Assembly: GCA_964016885.1 (NCBI GenBank)
Contig: OZ024743.1
Span: forward strand, 307,706,001 to 307,770,000
DNA length: 64,000 nt
DNA from: Eledone cirrhosa
Lineage: Eukaryota
Direction of reading: 5' to 3'
A model generated the notes under the pieces. The model did no database searches and had not been told where the DNA came from. It saw only the letters and a list, made by a program, of their open reading frames with translations. This document shows positions 15,001 to 30,000 of the stretch, in pieces (position 1 is the first letter of the stretch; the number at the start of each line of letters is the position of its first letter). Made by a program: the position numbers and the translations under genes.

Positions 15001-18000
15001 TGGATGTGTAAAATTTGTGTCTGTAAAGGTTTGAAAGATAGGTGAGCATGCCTTGTTGGATGTGTAAAGTTTGTGTCTGTAAAGGTTTGAAAGATAGGAG
15101 GTGAGCATGCCCTGCTGGATGTGTAAAGTTTGTGTCTGTAAAGGTTTGAAAGATAGGAGGTGAGCATGCCTTGCTGGATGTGTAAAGTTTGTGTCTGTAA
15201 AGGTTTGAAAGATAGGTGAGCATGCCTTGCTGGATGTGTAAAGTTTGTGTCTGTAAAGGTTTGAAAGATAGGAGGTGAGCATGCCCTGCTGGATGTGTAA
15301 AGTTTGTGTCTGTAAAGGTTTGAAAGATAGGTGAGCATGCCTTGATGGATGTGTAAAGTTTGTGTCTGTAAAGGTTTGAAAGATAGGTGAGCATGCCTTG
15401 ATGGATGTGTAAAGTTTGTGTCTGTAAAGGTTTGAAAGATAGGAGGTGAGCATGCCTTGCTGGATGTGTAAAGTTTGTGTCTGTAAAGGTTTGAAAGATA
15501 GGAGGTGAGCATCCCTTGATGGATGTGTAAAGTTTGTGTCTGTAAAGGTTTGAAAGATAGGAGGTGAGCATGCCTTGCTGGATGTGTGAAGTTTGTGTCT
15601 GTAAAGGTTTGAAAGATAGGAGGTGAGCATGCCTTGCTGGATGTGTAAAGTTTGTGTCTGTAAAGGTTTGAAAGATAGGAGGTGAGCATGCCTTGCTGGA
15701 TGTGTAAAGTTTGTGTCTGTAAAGGTTTGAAAGATATGAGGTGAGCATGCCCTGCTGGATGTGTAAAGTTTGTGTCTGTAAAGGTTTGAAAGATAGGTGA
15801 GCATGCCTTGCTGGATGTGTAAAGTTTGTGTCTGTAAAGGTTTGAAAGATAGGAGGTGAGCATGCCCTGCTGGATGTGTAAAGTTTGTGTCTGTAAAGGT
15901 TTGAAAGATAGGAGGTGAGCATGCCTTGCTGGATGTGTAAAGTTTGTGTCTGTAAAGGTTTGAAAGATATGAGGTGAGCATGCCATGCTGGATGTGTAAA
16001 ATTTGTGTCTGTAAAGGTTTGAAAGATAGGTGAGCATGCCTTGTTGGATGTGTAAAGTTTGTGTCTGTAAAGGTTTGAAAGATAGGAGGTGAGCATGCCC
16101 TGCTGGATGTGTAAAGTTTGTGTCTGTAAAGGTTTGAAAGATAGGAGGTGAGCATGCCTTGCTGGATGTGTAAAGTTTGTGTCTGTAACGGTTTGAAAGA
16201 TAGGTGAGCATGCCCTGCTGGATGTGTAAAGTTTGTGTCTGTAAAGGTTTGAAAGATAGGTGAGCATGCTCTGCTGGATGTGTAACGTTTGTGACTGTAA
16301 AGGTTTGAAAGATAGGTGAGCATACCTTGCTGGATGTGTAAAGTTTGTGTCTGTAAAGGTTTGAAAGATAGGAGGTGAGCATGCCTTGCTGGATGTGTAA
16401 AGTTTGTGTCTGTAAAGGTTTGAAAGATAGGTGAGCATGCCTTGCTGGATGTGTAAAGTTTGTGTCTGTAAAGGTTTGAAAGATAGGAGGTGAGCATGCC
16501 CTGCTGGATGTGTAAAGTTTGTGTCTGTAAAGGTTTGAAAGATAGGTGAGCATGCCTTGCTGGATGTGTAAAGTTTGTGTCTGTAAAGGTTTGAAAGATG
16601 GGAGGTGAGCATGCCCTGCTGGATGTGTAAAGTTTGTGTCTGTAAAGGTTTGAAAGATAGGAGGTGAGCATGCCCTGCTGGATGTGTAAAGTTTGTGTCT
16701 GTAAAGGTTTGAAAGATAGGAGGTGAGCATGTCCTGCTGGATGTGTAAAGTTTGTGTCTGTAAAGGTTTGAAAGATAGGAGGTGAGCATGTCCTGCTGGA
16801 TGTGTAAAGTTTGTGTCGGTAAAGGTTTGAAAGATAGGTGAGCATGCCTTGCTGGATGTGTAAAGTTTGTGTCTGTCAAGGTTTGAAAGATAGGAGGTGA
16901 GCATGCCTTGCTGGATGTGTAATGTTTGTGTCTGTAAAGGTTTGAAAGATAGGAGGTGAGCATGCCTTGCTGGATGTGTAAAGTTTGTGTCTGTAAAGGT
17001 TTGAAAGATAGGAGGTGAGCATGCCTTGCTGGATGTGTAAAGTTTGTGTCTGTAAAGGTTTGAAAGATAGGATGTGAGCATGCCTTGCTGGATGTGTAAA
17101 GTTTGTGTCTGTAAAGGTTTGAAAGATAGGTGGTGAGCATGCCTTGCTGGATGTGTAAAGTTTGTGTCTGTAAAGGTTTGAAAGGTAGGAGGTGAGCATG
17201 CCTTGCTGGATGTGTAAAGTTTGTGTCTGTAAAGGTTTGAAAGATATGAGGTGAGCATGCCCTGCTGGATGTGTAAAGTTTGTGTCTGTGAAGGTTTGAA
17301 AGATATGAGGTGAGCATGCCCTGCTGGATGTGTAAAGTTTGTGTCTGTAAAGGTTTGAAAGATAGGTGAGCATGCCTTGCTTCATGTGTAAAGTTTGTGT
17401 CTGTAAAGGTTTGAAAGATAGGAGGTGAGCATGCCTTGCTGGATGTGTAAAGTTTGTGTCTGTAAATGTTTGAAAGATAGGAGGTGAGCATGCCCTGCTG
17501 GATTTGTAAAGTTTGTGTCTGTAAAGGTTTGAAAGATAGGAGGTGAGCATGCCCTGCTGGATGTATAAAGTTTGTGTCTGTAAATGTTTGAAAGATAGGT
17601 GAGCATGCCTTGCTTCATGTGTAAAGTTTGTGTCTGTAAAGGTTTGAAAGATAGGAGGTGAGCGTGCCTTGCTGGATGTGTAAAGTTTGTGTCTGTAAAG
17701 GTTTGAAAGACAGGAGGTGAGCATGCCTTGCTGGATGTGTAAAGTTTGTGCCTGTAAAGGTTTGAAAGACAGGAGGTGAGCATGCCTTGCTGGACGTGTA
17801 AAGTTTGTGTCTGTAAAGGTTTGAAAGATAGGAGGTGAGCATGCCTTGCTAGATGTGTAAAGTTTGTGTCTGTAAAGGTTTGAAAGATAGGTGAGCATGC
17901 CTTGATGGATGTGTAAAGTTTGTGTCTGTAAAGGTTTGAAAGATAGGAGGTGAGTATGCCCTGCTGGATGTGTAAAGTTTGTGTCTGTAAAGGTTTGAAA

Positions 18001-21000
18001 GATAGGAGGTGAGCATGCCTTGCTAGATGTGTAAAGTTTGTGTCTGTAAAGGTTTGAAAGATAGGAGGTGAACATGCCTTGCTGGATGTGTAAACTTTGT
18101 GTCTGTAAAGGTTTGAAAGATAGGAGGTGAGCATGCCCTGCTGGATGTGTAAAGTTTGTGTCTGTAAAGGTTTGAAAGATAGGAGGTGAGCATGCCTTGC
18201 TGGATGTGTAAAGTTTGTGTCTGTAAAGGTTTGAAAGATAGGAGGTGAGCATGCCCTGCTGGATGTGTAAAGTTTGTGTCTGTAAAGGTTTGAAAGATAG
18301 GAGGTGAGCATGCCCTGCTGGATGTGTAAAGTGTGTGTCTGTAAAGGTTTGAAAGATAGGTGAGCATGCCTTGCTTCATGTGTAAAGTTTGTCTGTAAAG
18401 GTTTGAAAGATAGGTGAGCATGCCTTGATGGATGTGTAATGTTTGTGTCTGTAAAGGTTTGAATGATAGGTGAGCATGCCTTGATGGATATGTAAAGTTT
18501 GTGTCTGTAAAGGTTTGAAAGATAGGAGGTGAGTATGCCCTGCTGGATGTGTAAAGTTTGTGTCTGTAAAGGTTTGAAAGATAGGTGAGCATGCCTTGAT
18601 GGATGTGTAAAGTTTGTGTCTGTAAAGGTTTGAAAGATAGGAGGTGAGCATGCCTTGCTGGATGTGTAAAGTTTGTGTCTGTAAAGGTTTGAAAGATAGG
18701 AGGTGAGCATCCCTTGATGGATGTGTAAAGTTTGTGTCTGTAAAGGTTTGAAAGATAGGAGGTGAGCATGCCTTGCTGGATGTGTGAAGTTTGTGTCTGT
18801 AAAGGTTTGAAAGATAGGAGGTGAGCATGCCCTGCTGGATGTGTAAAGTTTGTGTCTGTAAAGGTTTGAAAGATAGGTGAGCATGCCTTGCTGGATGTGT
18901 AAAGTTTGTGTCTGTAAAGGTTTGAAAGATAGGAGGTGAGCATGCCCTGCTGGATGTGTAAAGTTTGTGTCTGTAAAGGTTTGAAAGATAGGAGGTGAGC
19001 ATGCCTTGCTGGATGTGTAAAGTTTGTGTCTGTAAAGGTTTGAAAGATATGAGGTGAGCATGCCATGCTGGATGTGTAAAATTTGTGTCTGTAAAGGTTT
19101 GAAAGATAGGTGAGCATGCCTTGCTGGATGTGTAAAGTTTGTGTCTGTAAAGGTTTGAAAGATAGGAGGTGAGCATGCCCTGCTGGATGTGTAAAGTTTG
19201 CGTCTGTAAAGGTTTGAAAGATAGGAGGTGAGCATGCCTTGCTGGATGTGTAAAGTTTGTGTCTGTAACGGTTTGAAAGATAGGTGAGCATGCCCTGCTG
19301 GATGTGTAAAGTTTGTGTCTGTAAAGGTTTGAAAGATAGGTGAGCATGCTCTGCTGGATGTGTAACGTTTGTGACTGTAAAGGTTTGAAAGATAGGTGAG
19401 CATACCTTGCTGGATGTGTAAAGTTTGTGTCTGTAAAGGTTTGAAAGATAGGAGGTGAGCATGCCTTGCTGGATGTGTAAAGTTTGTGTCTGTAAAGGTT
19501 TGAAAGATAGGTGAGCATGCCTTGCTGGATGTGTAAAGTTTGTGTCTGTAAAGGTTTGAAAGATAGGAGGTGAGCATGCCCTGCTGGATGTGTAAAGTTT
19601 GTGTCTGTAAAGGTTTGAAAGATAGGTGAGCATGCCTTGCTGGATGTGTAAAGTTTGTGTCTGTAAAGGTTTGAAAGATGGGAGGTGAGCATGCCCTGCT
19701 GGATGTGTAAAGTTTGTGTCTGTAAAGGTTTGAAAGATAGGAGGTGAGCATGCCCTGCTGGATGTGTAAAGTTTGTGTCTGTAAAGGTTTGAAAGATAGG
19801 AGGTGAGCATGTCCTGCTGGATGTGTAAAGTTTGTGTCTGTAAAGGTTTGAAAGATAGGAGGTGAGCATGTCCTGCTGGATGTGTAAAGTTTGTGTCGGT
19901 AAAGGTTTGAAAGATAGGTGAGCATGCCTTGCTGGATGTGTAAAGTTTGTGTCTGTCAAGGTTTGAAAGATAGGAGGTGAGCATGCCTTGCTGGATGTGT
20001 AATGTTTGTGTCTGTAAAGGTTTGAAAGATAGGAGGTGAGCATGCCTTGCTGGATGTGTAAAGTTTGTGTCTGTAAAGGTTTGAAAGATAGGAGGTGAGC
20101 ATGCCTTGCTGGATGTGTAAAGTTTGTGTCTGTAAAGGTTTGAAAGATAGGATGTGAGCATGCCTTGCTGGATGTGTAAAGTTTGTGTCTGTAAAGGTTT
20201 GAAAGATAGGTGGTGAGCATGCCTTGCTGGATGTGTAAAGTTTGTGTCTGTAAAGGTTTGAAAGGTAGGAGGTGAGCATGCCTTGCTGGATGTGTAAAGT
20301 TTGTGTCTGTAAAGGTTTGAAAGATATGAGGTGAGCATGCCCTGCTGGATGTGTAAAGTTTGTGTCTGTGAAGGTTTGAAAGATATGAGGTGAGCATGCC
20401 CTGCTGGATGTGTAAAGTTTGTGTCTGTAAAGGTTTGAAAGATAGGTGAGCATGCCTTGCTTCATGTGTAAAGTTTGTGTCTGTAAAGGTTTGAAAGATA
20501 GGAGGTGAGCATGCCTTGCTGGATGTGTAAAGTTTGTGTCTGTAAAGGTTTGAAAGATAGGAGGTGAGCATGCCCTGCTGGATGTGTAAAGTTTGTGTCT
20601 GTAAAGGTTTGAAAGATAGGAGGTGAGCATGCCCTGCTGGATGTATAAAGTTTGTGTCTGTAAATGTTTGAAAGATAGGTGAGCATGCCTTGCTTCATGT
20701 GTAAAGTTTGTGTCTGTAAAGGTTTGAAAGATAGGAGGTGAGCGTGCCTTGCTGGATGTGTAAAGTTTGTGTCTGTAAAGGTTTGAAAGACAGGAGGTGA
20801 GCATGCCTTGCTGGATGTGTAAAGTTTGTGTCTGTAAAGGTTTGAAAGATAGGAGGTGAGCATGCCCTGCTGGATGTGTAAAGTTTGTGTCTGTAAAGGT
20901 TTGAAAGACAGGAGGTGAGCATGCCTTGCTGGATGTGTAAAGTTTGTGTCTGTAAAGGTTTGAAAGACAGGAGGTGAGCATGCCTTGCTGGACGTGTAAA

Positions 21001-24000
21001 GTTTGTGTCTGTAAAGGTTTGAAAGATAGGAGGTGAGCATGCCTTGCTAGATGTGTAAAGTTTGTGTCTGTAAAGGTTTGAAAGATAGGTGAGCATGCCT
21101 TGATGGATGTGTAAAGTTTGTGTCTGTAAAGGTTTGAAAGATAGGAGGTGAGTATGCCCTGCTGGATGTGTAAAGTTTGTGTCTGTAAAGGTTTGAAAGA
21201 TAGGAGGTGAGCATGCCTTGCTAGATGTGTAAAGTTTGTGTCTGTAAAGGTTTGAAAGATAGGAGGTGAACATGCCTTGCTGGATGTGTAAACTTTGTGT
21301 CTGTAAAGGTTTGAAAGATAGGAGGTGAGCATGCCCTGCTGGATGTGTAAAGTTTGTGTCTGTAAAGGTTTGAAAGATAGGAGGTGAGCATGCCTTGCTG
21401 GATGTGTAAAGTTTGTGTCTGTAAAGGTTTGAAAGATAGGAGGTGAGCATGCCCTGCTGGATGTGTAAAGTTTGTGTCTGTAAAGGTTTGAAAGATAGGA
21501 GGTGAGCATGCCCTGCTGGATGTGTAAAGTGTGTGTCTGTAAAGGTTTGAAAGATAGGTGAGCATGCCTTGCTTCATGTGTAAAGTTTGTCTGTAAAGGT
21601 TTGAAAGATAGGTGAGCATGCCTTGATGGATGTGTAATGTTTGTGTCTGTAAAGGTTTGAATGATAGGTGAGCATGCCTTGATGGATATGTAAAGTTTGT
21701 GTCTGTAAAGGTTTGAAAGATAGGAGGTGAGTATGCCCTGCTGGATGTGTAAAGTTTGTGTCTGTAAAGGTTTGAAAGATAGGTGAGCATGCCTTGATGG
21801 ATGTGTAATGTTTGTGTCTGTAAAGGTTTGAAAGATAGGTGAGCATGCCTTGATGGATGTGTAAAGTTTGTGTCTGTAAAGGTTTGAAAGATAGGTGAGC
21901 ATGCCTTGATGGATGTGTAAAGTTTGTGTCTGTAAAGGTTTGAAAGATAGGAGGTGAGCATGCCCTGCTGGATGTGTAAAGTTTGTGTCTGTAAAGGTTT
22001 GAAAGATAGGTGAGCATGCCTTGATGGATGTGTAAAGTTTGTGTCTGTAAAGGTTTGAAAGATAGGTGAGCATGCCTTGATGGATGTGTAAAGTTTGTGT
22101 CTGTAAAGGTTTGAAAGATAGGAGGTGAGCATGCCTTGCTGGATGTGTAAAGTTTGTGTCTGTAAAGGTTTGAAAGATAGGAGGTGAGCATGCCTTGATG
22201 GATGTGTAAAGTTTGTGTCTGTAAAGGTTTGAAAGATAGGAGGTGAGCATGCCTTGCTGGATGTGTGAAGTTTGTGTCTGTAAAGGTTTGAAAGATAGGA
22301 GGTGAGCATGCCTTGCTGGATGTGTAAAGTTTGTGTCTGTAAAGGTTTGAAAGATAGGAGGTGAGCATGCCTTGCTGGATGTGTAAAGTTTGTGTCTGTA
22401 AAGGTTTGAAAGATATGAGGTGAGCATGCCCTGCTGGATGTGTAAAGTTTGTGTCTGTAAAGGTTTGAAAGATAGGTGAGCATGCCTTGCTGGATGTGTA
22501 AAGTTTGTGTCTGTAAAGGTTTGAAAGATAGGAGGTGAGCATGCCCTGCTGGATGTGTAAAGTTTGTGTCTGTAAAGGTTTGAAAGATAGGAGGTGAGCA
22601 TGCCTTGCTGGATGTGTAAAGTTTGTGTCTGTAAAGGTTTGAAAGATATGAGGTGAGCATGCCATGCTGGATGTGTAAAATTTGTGTCTGTAAAGGTTTG
22701 AAAGATAGGTGAGCATGCCTTGTTGGATGTGTAAAGTTTGTGTCTGTAAAGGTTTGAAAGATAGGTGAGCATGCCCTGCTGGATGTGTAAAGTTTGTGTC
22801 TGTAAAGGTTTGAAAGATAGGAGGTGAGCATGCCTTGCTGGATGTGTAGAGTTTGTGTCTGTAAAGGTTTGAAAGATAGGTGAGCATGCCTTGCTGGATG
22901 TGTAAAGTTTGTGTCTGTAAAGGTTTGAAAGATAGGAGGTGAGCATGCCCTGCTGGATGTGTAAAGTTTGTGTCTGTAAAGGTTTGAAAGATAGGTGAGC
23001 ATGCCTTGATGGATGTGTAAAGTTTGTGTCTGTAAAGGTTTGAAAGATAGGTGAGCATGCCTTGATGGATGTGTAAAGTTTGTGTCTGTAAAGGTTTGAA
23101 AGATAGGAGGTGAGCATGCCTTGCTGGATGTGTAAAGTTTGTGTCTGTAAAGGTTTGAAAGATAGGAGGTGAGCATCCCTTGATGGATGTGTAAAGTTTG
23201 TGTCTGTAAAGGTTTGAAAGATAGGAGGTGAGCATGCCTTGCTGGATGTGTGAAGTTTGTGTCTGTAAAGGTTTGAAAGATAGGAGGTGAGCATGCCTTG
23301 CTGGATGTGTAAAGTTTGTGTCTGTAAAGGTTTGAAAGATAGGAGGTGAGCATGCCTTGCTGGATGTGTAAAGTTTGTGTCTGTAAAGGTTTGAAAGATA
23401 TGAGGTGAGCATGCCCTGCTGGATGTGTAAAGTTTGTGTCTGTAAAGGTTTGAAAGATAGGTGAGCATGCCTTGCTGGATGTGTAAAGTTTGTGTCTGTA
23501 AAGGTTTGAAAGATAGGAGGTGAGCATGCCTTGCTGGATGTGTAAAGTTTGTGTCTGTAAAGGTTTGAAAGATATGAGGTGAGCATGCCATGCTGGATGT
23601 GTAAAATTTGTGTCTGTAAAGGTTTGAAAGATAGGTGAGCATGCCTTGCTGGATGTGTAAAGTTTGTGTCTGTAAAGGTTTGAAAGATAGGAGGTGAGCA
23701 TGCCTTGCTGGATGTGTAAAGTTTGTGTCTGTAACGGTTTGAAAGATAGGTGAGCATGCCCTGCTGGATGTGTAAAGTTTGTGTCTGTAAAGGTTTGCAA
23801 GATAGGTGAGCATGCTCTGCTGGATGTGTAAAGTTTGTGACTGTAAAGGTTTGAAAGATAGGTGAGCATACCTTGCTGGATGTGTAAAGTTTGTGTCTGT
23901 AAAGGTTTGAAAGATAGGAGGTGAGCATGCCTTGCTGGATGTGTAAAGTTTGTGTCTGTAAAGGTTTGAAAGATAGGTGAGCATGCCTTGCTGGATGTGT

Positions 24001-27000
24001 AAAGTTTGTGTCTGTAAAGGTTTGAAAGATAGGAGGTGAGCATGCCCTGCTGGATGTGTAAAGTTTGTGTCTGTACAGGTTTGAAAGATAGGTGAGCATG
24101 CCTTGCTGGATGTGTAAAGTTTGTGTCTGTAAAGGTTTGAAAGATGGGAGGTGAGCATGCCCTGCTGGATGTGTAAAGTTTGTGTCTGTAAAGGTTTGAA
24201 AGATAGGAGGTGAGCATGCCCTGCTGGATGTGTAAAGTTTGTGTCTGTAAAGGTTTGAAAGATAGGAGGTGAGCATGTCCTGCTGGATGTGTAAAGTTTG
24301 TGTCTGTAAAGGTTTGAAAGATAGGAGGTGAGCATGTCCTGCTGGATGTGTAAAGTTTGTGTCGGTAAAGGTTTGAAAGATAGGTGAGCATGCCTTGCTG
24401 GATGTGTAAAGTTTGTGTCTGTCAAGGTTTGAAAGATAGGAGGTGAGCATGCCTTGCTGGATGTGTAATGTTTGTGTCTGTAAAGGTTTGAAAGATAGGA
24501 GGTGAGCATGCCTTGCTGGATGTGTAAAGTTTGTGTCTGTAAAGGTTTGAAAGATAGGAGGTGAGCATGCCTTGCTGGATGTGTAAAGTTTGTGTCTGTA
24601 AAGGTTTGAAAGATAGGATGTGAGCATGCCTTGCTGGATGTGTAAAGTTTGTGTCTGTAAAGGTTTGAAAGATAGGTGGTGAGCATGCCTTGCTGGATGT
24701 GTAAAGTTTGTGTCTGTAAAGGTTTGAAAGATAGGAGGTGAGCATGCCTTGCTGGATGTGTAAAGTTTGTGTCTGTAAAGGTTTGAAAGATAGGAGGTGA
24801 GCATGCCTTGCTGGATGTGTAAAGTTTGTGTCTGTAAAGGTTTGAAAGATAGGTGAGCATGCCCTGCTGGATGTGTAAAGTTTGTGTCTGTAAAGGTTTG
24901 AAAGATAGGAGGTGAGCATGCCTTGCTGGATGTGTAAAGTTTGTGTCTGTAAAGGTTTGAAAGATAGGTGAGCATGCCTTGCTGGATGTGTAAAGTTTGT
25001 GTCTGTAAAGGTTTGAAAGATAGGAGGTGAGCATGCCCTGCTGGATGTGTAAAGTTTGTGTCTGTAAAGGTTTGAAAGATAGGTGAGCATGCCTTGATGG
25101 ATGTGTAAAGTTTGTGTCTGTAAAGGTTTGAAAGATAGGTGAGCATGCCTTGATGGATGTGTAAAGTTTGTGTCTGTAAAGGTTTGAAAGATAGGAGGTG
25201 AGCATGCCTTGCTGGATGTGTAAAGTTTGTGTCTGTAAAGGTTTGAAAGATAGGAGGTGAGCATCCCTTGATGGATGTGTAAAGTTTGTGTCTGTAAAGG
25301 TTTGAAAGATAGGAGGTGAGCATGCCTTGCTGGATGTGTGAAGTTTGTGTCTGTAAAGGTTTGAAAGATAGGAGGTGAGCATGCCTTGCTGGATGTGTAA
25401 AGTTTGTGTCTGTAAAGGTTTGAAAGATAGGAGGTGAGCATGCCTTGCTGGATGTGTAAAGTTTGTGTCTGTAAAGGTTTGAAAGATATGAGGTGAGCAT
25501 GCCCTGCTGGATGTGTAAAGTTTGTGTCTGTAAAGGTTTGAAAGATAGGTGAGCATGCCTTGCTGGATGTGTAAAGTTTGTGTCTGTAAAGGTTTGAAAG
25601 ATAGGAGGTGAGCATGCCTTGCTGGATGTGTAAAGTTTGTGTCTGTAAAGGTTTGAAAGATATGAGGTGAGCATGCCATGCTGGATGTGTAAAATTTGTG
25701 TCTGTAAAGGTTTGAAAGATAGGTGAGCATGCCTTGCTGGATGTGTAAAGTTTGTGTCTGTAAAGGTTTGAAAGATAGGAGGTGAGCATGCCTTGCTGGA
25801 TGTGTAAAGTTTGTGTCTGTAACGGTTTGAAAGATAGGTGAGCATGCCCTGCTGGATGTGTAAAGTTTGTGTCTGTAAAGGTTTGCAAGATAGGTGAGCA
25901 TGCTCTGCTGGATGTGTAAAGTTTGTGACTGTAAAGGTTTGAAAGATAGGTGAGCATACCTTGCTGGATGTGTAAAGTTTGTGTCTGTAAAGGTTTGAAA
26001 GATAGGAGGTGAGCATGCCTTGCTGGATGTGTAAAGTTTGTGTCTGTAAAGGTTTGAAAGATAGGTGAGCATGCCTTGCTGGATGTGTAAAGTTTGTGTC
26101 TGTAAAGGTTTGAAAGATAGGAGGTGAGCATGCCCTGCTGGATGTGTAAAGTTTGTGTCTGTACAGGTTTGAAAGATAGGTGAGCATGCCTTGCTGGATG
26201 TGTAAAGTTTGTGTCTGTAAAGGTTTGAAAGATGGGAGGTGAGCATGCCCTGCTGGATGTGTAAAGTTTGTGTCTGTAAAGGTTTGAAAGATAGGAGGTG
26301 AGCATGCCCTGCTGGATGTGTAAAGTTTGTGTCTGTAAAGGTTTGAAAGATAGGAGGTGAGCATGTCCTGCTGGATGTGTAAAGTTTGTGTCTGTAAAGG
26401 TTTGAAAGATAGGAGGTGAGCATGTCCTGCTGGATGTGTAAAGTTTGTGTCGGTAAAGGTTTGAAAGATAGGTGAGCATGCCTTGCTGGATGTGTAAAGT
26501 TTGTGTCTGTCAAGGTTTGAAAGATAGGAGGTGAGCATGCCTTGCTGGATGTGTAATGTTTGTGTCTGTAAAGGTTTGAAAGATAGGAGGTGAGCATGCC
26601 TTGCTGGATGTGTAAAGTTTGTGTCTGTAAAGGTTTGAAAGATAGGAGGTGAGCATGCCTTGCTGGATGTGTAAAGTTTGTGTCTGTAAAGGTTTGAAAG
26701 ATAGGATGTGAGCATGCCTTGCTGGATGTGTAAAGTTTGTGTCTGTAAAGGTTTGAAAGATAGGTGGTGAGCATGCCTTGCTGGATGTGTAAAGTTTGTG
26801 TCTGTAAAGGTTTGAAAGGTAGGAGGTGAGAATGCCTTGCTGGATGTGTAAAGTTTGTGTCTGTAAAGGTTTGAAAGATATGAGGTGAGCATGCCCTGCT
26901 GGATGTGTAAAGTTTGTGTCTGTGAAGGTTTGAAAGATATGAGGTGAGCATGCCCTGCTGGATGTGTAAAGTTTGTGTCTGTAAAGGTTTGAAAGATAGG

Positions 27001-30000
27001 TGAGCATGCCTTGCTTCATGTGTAAAGTTTGTGTCTGTAAAGGTTTGAAAGATAGGAGGTGAGCATGCCTTGCTGGATGTGTAAAGTTTGTGTCTGTAAA
27101 GGTTTGAAAGATAGGAGGTGAGCATGCCCTGCTGGATGTGTAAAGTTTGTGTCTGTAAAGGTTTGAAAGATAGGAGGTGAGCATGCCCTGCTGGATGTAT
27201 AAAGTTTGTGTCTGTAAATGTTTGAAAGATAGGTGAGCATGCCTTGCTTCATGTGTAAAGTTTGTGTCTGTAAAGGTTTGAAAGATAGGAGGTGAGCGTG
27301 CCTTGCTGGATGTGTAAAGTTTGTGTCTGTAAAGGTTTGAAAGACAGGAGGTGAGCATGCCTTGCTGGATGTGTAAAGTTTGTGTCTGTAAAGGTTTGAA
27401 AGATAGGAGGTGAGCATGCCCTGCTGGATGTGTAAAGTTTGTGTCTGTAAAGGTTTGAAAGACAGGAGGTGAGCATGCCTTGCTGGATGTGTAAAGTTTG
27501 TGTCTGTAAAGGTTTGAAAGACAGGAGGTGAGCATGCCTTGCTGGACGTGTAAAGTTTGTGTCTGTAAAGGTTTGAAAGATAGGAGGTGAGCATGCCTTG
27601 CTAGATGTGTAAAGTTTGTGTCTGTAAAGGTTTGAAAGATAGGTGAGCATGCCTTGATGGATGTGTAAAGTTTGTGTCTGTAAAGGTTTGAAAGATAGGA
27701 GGTGAGTATGCCCTGCTGGATGTGTAAAGTTTGTGTCTGTAAAGGTTTGAAAGATAGGAGGTGAGCATGCCTTGCTAGATGTGTAAAGTTTGTGTCTGTA
27801 AAGGTTTGAAAGATAGGAGGTGAACAAGCCTTGCTGGATGTGTAAACTTTGTGTCTGTAAAGGTTTGAAAGATAGGAGGTGAGCATGCCCTGCTGGATGT
27901 GTAAAGTTTGTGTCTGTAAAGGTTTGAAAGATAGGAGGTGAACATGCCCTGCTGGATGTGTAAAGTTTGTGTCTGTAAAGGTTTGAAAGATAGGTGAGCA
28001 TGCCTTGCTTCATGTGTAAAGTTTGTCTGTAAAGGTTTGAAAGATAGGTGAGCATGCCTTGCTTCATGTGTAAAGTTTGTCTGTAAAGGTTTGAAAGATA
28101 GGTGAGCATGCCTTGATGGATATGTAAAGTTTGTGTCTGTAAAGGTTTGAAAGATAGGTGAGCATGCCTTGATGGATGTGTAAAGTTTGTGTCTGTAAAG
28201 GTTTGAAAGATAGGAGGTGAACATGCCCTGCTGGATGTGTAAAGTTTGTGTCTGTAAAGGTTTGAAAGATAGGTGAGCATGCCTTGCTTCATGTGTAAAG
28301 TTTGTCTGTAAAGGTTTGAAAGATAGGTGAGCATGCCTTGCTTCATGTGTAAAGTTTGTCTGTAAAGGTTTGAAAGATAGGTGAGCATGCCTTGATGGAT
28401 GTATAAAGTTTGTGTCTGTAAAGTTTTGAAAGATAGGTGAGCATGCCTTGATGGATGTGTAAAGTTTGTGTCTGTAAAGGTTTGAAAGATAGGTGAGCAT
28501 GCCTTGATGGATGTGTAAAGTTTGTGTCTGTAAAGGTTTGAAAGATAGGAGGTCAGCATGCCTTGCTGGATGTGTAAAGTTTGTGTCTGTAAAGGTTTGA
28601 AAGATAGGAGGTGAGCATGCCCTGCTGGATGTGTAAAGTTTGTGTCTGTAAAGGTTTGAAAGATAGGTGAGCATGCCTTGATGGATGTGTAAAGTTTGTG
28701 TCTGTAAAGGTTTGAAAGATAGGAGGTGAGCATGCCTTGCTGGATGTGTAAAGTTTGTGTCTGTAAAGGTTTGAAAGATAGGTGAGCAAGCCTTGATGGA
28801 TGTGTAAAGTCTGTGTCTGTAAAGGTTTGAAAGATAGGAGGTGAGCATGCCTTGCTAGATGTGTAAAGTTTGTGTCTGTAAAGGTTTGAAAGATAGGAGG
28901 TGAGTATGCCCTGCTGGATGTGTAAAGTTTGTGTCTGTAAAGGTTTGAAAGATAGGAGGTGAGCTTGCCTTGCTAGATGTGTAAAGTTTGTGTCTGTAAA
29001 GGTTTGAAAGATAGGAGGTGAACATGCCTTGCTGGATGTGTAAACGTTGTGTCTGTAAAGGTTTGAAAGATAGGAGGTGAGCATGCCCTGCTGGATGTGT
29101 AAAGTTTGTGTCTGTAAAGGTTTGAAAGATAGGAGGTGAGCATGCCCTGCTGGATGTGTAAAGTGTGTGTCTGTAAAGGTTTGAAAGATAGGTGAGCATG
29201 CCTTGCTTCATGTGTAAAGTTTGTCTGTAAAGGTTTGAAAGATAGGTGAGCATGCCTTGATGGATGTGTAAAGTTTGTGTCTGTAAAGGTTTGAAAGATA
29301 GGTGAGCATGCCTTGATGGATGTGTAAAGTTTGTGTCTGTAAAGGTTTGAAAGATAGGTGAGTATGCCCTGCTGGATGTGTAAAGTTTGTGTCTGTAAAG
29401 GTTTGAAAGATAGGTGAGCATGCCTTGATGGATGTGTAAAGTTTGTGTCTGTAAAGGTTTGAAAGATAGGTGAGCATGCCTTGATGGATGTGTAAAGTTT
29501 GTGTCTGTAAAGGTTTGAAAGATAGGTGAGCAAGCCTTGATGGATGTGTAAAGTTTGTGTCTGTAAAGGTTTGAAAGATAGGTGAGCATGCCTTGATGGA
29601 TGTGTAAAGTTTGTGTCTGTAAAGGTTTGAAAGATAGGAGGTGAGCATGCCCTGCTGGATGTGTAAAGTTTGTGTCTGTAAAGGTTTGAAAGGTAGGTGA
29701 GCATGCCTTGATGGATGTGTAAAGTTTGTGTCTGTAAAGGTTTGAAAGATATGAGGTGAGCATGCCCTGCTGGATGTGTAAAGTTTGTGTCTGTAAAGGT
29801 TTGAAAGATAGGTGAGGATGCCTTGCTTCATGTGTAAAGTTTGTGTCTGTAAAGGTTTGAAAGATAGGTGAGCATGCCTTGCTTCATGTGTAAAGTTTGT
29901 CTGTAAAGGTTTGAAAGATAGGTGAGCATGCCTTGCTTCATGTGTAAAGTTTGTCTGTAAAGGTTTGAAAGATAGGTGAGCATGCCTTGATGGATATGTA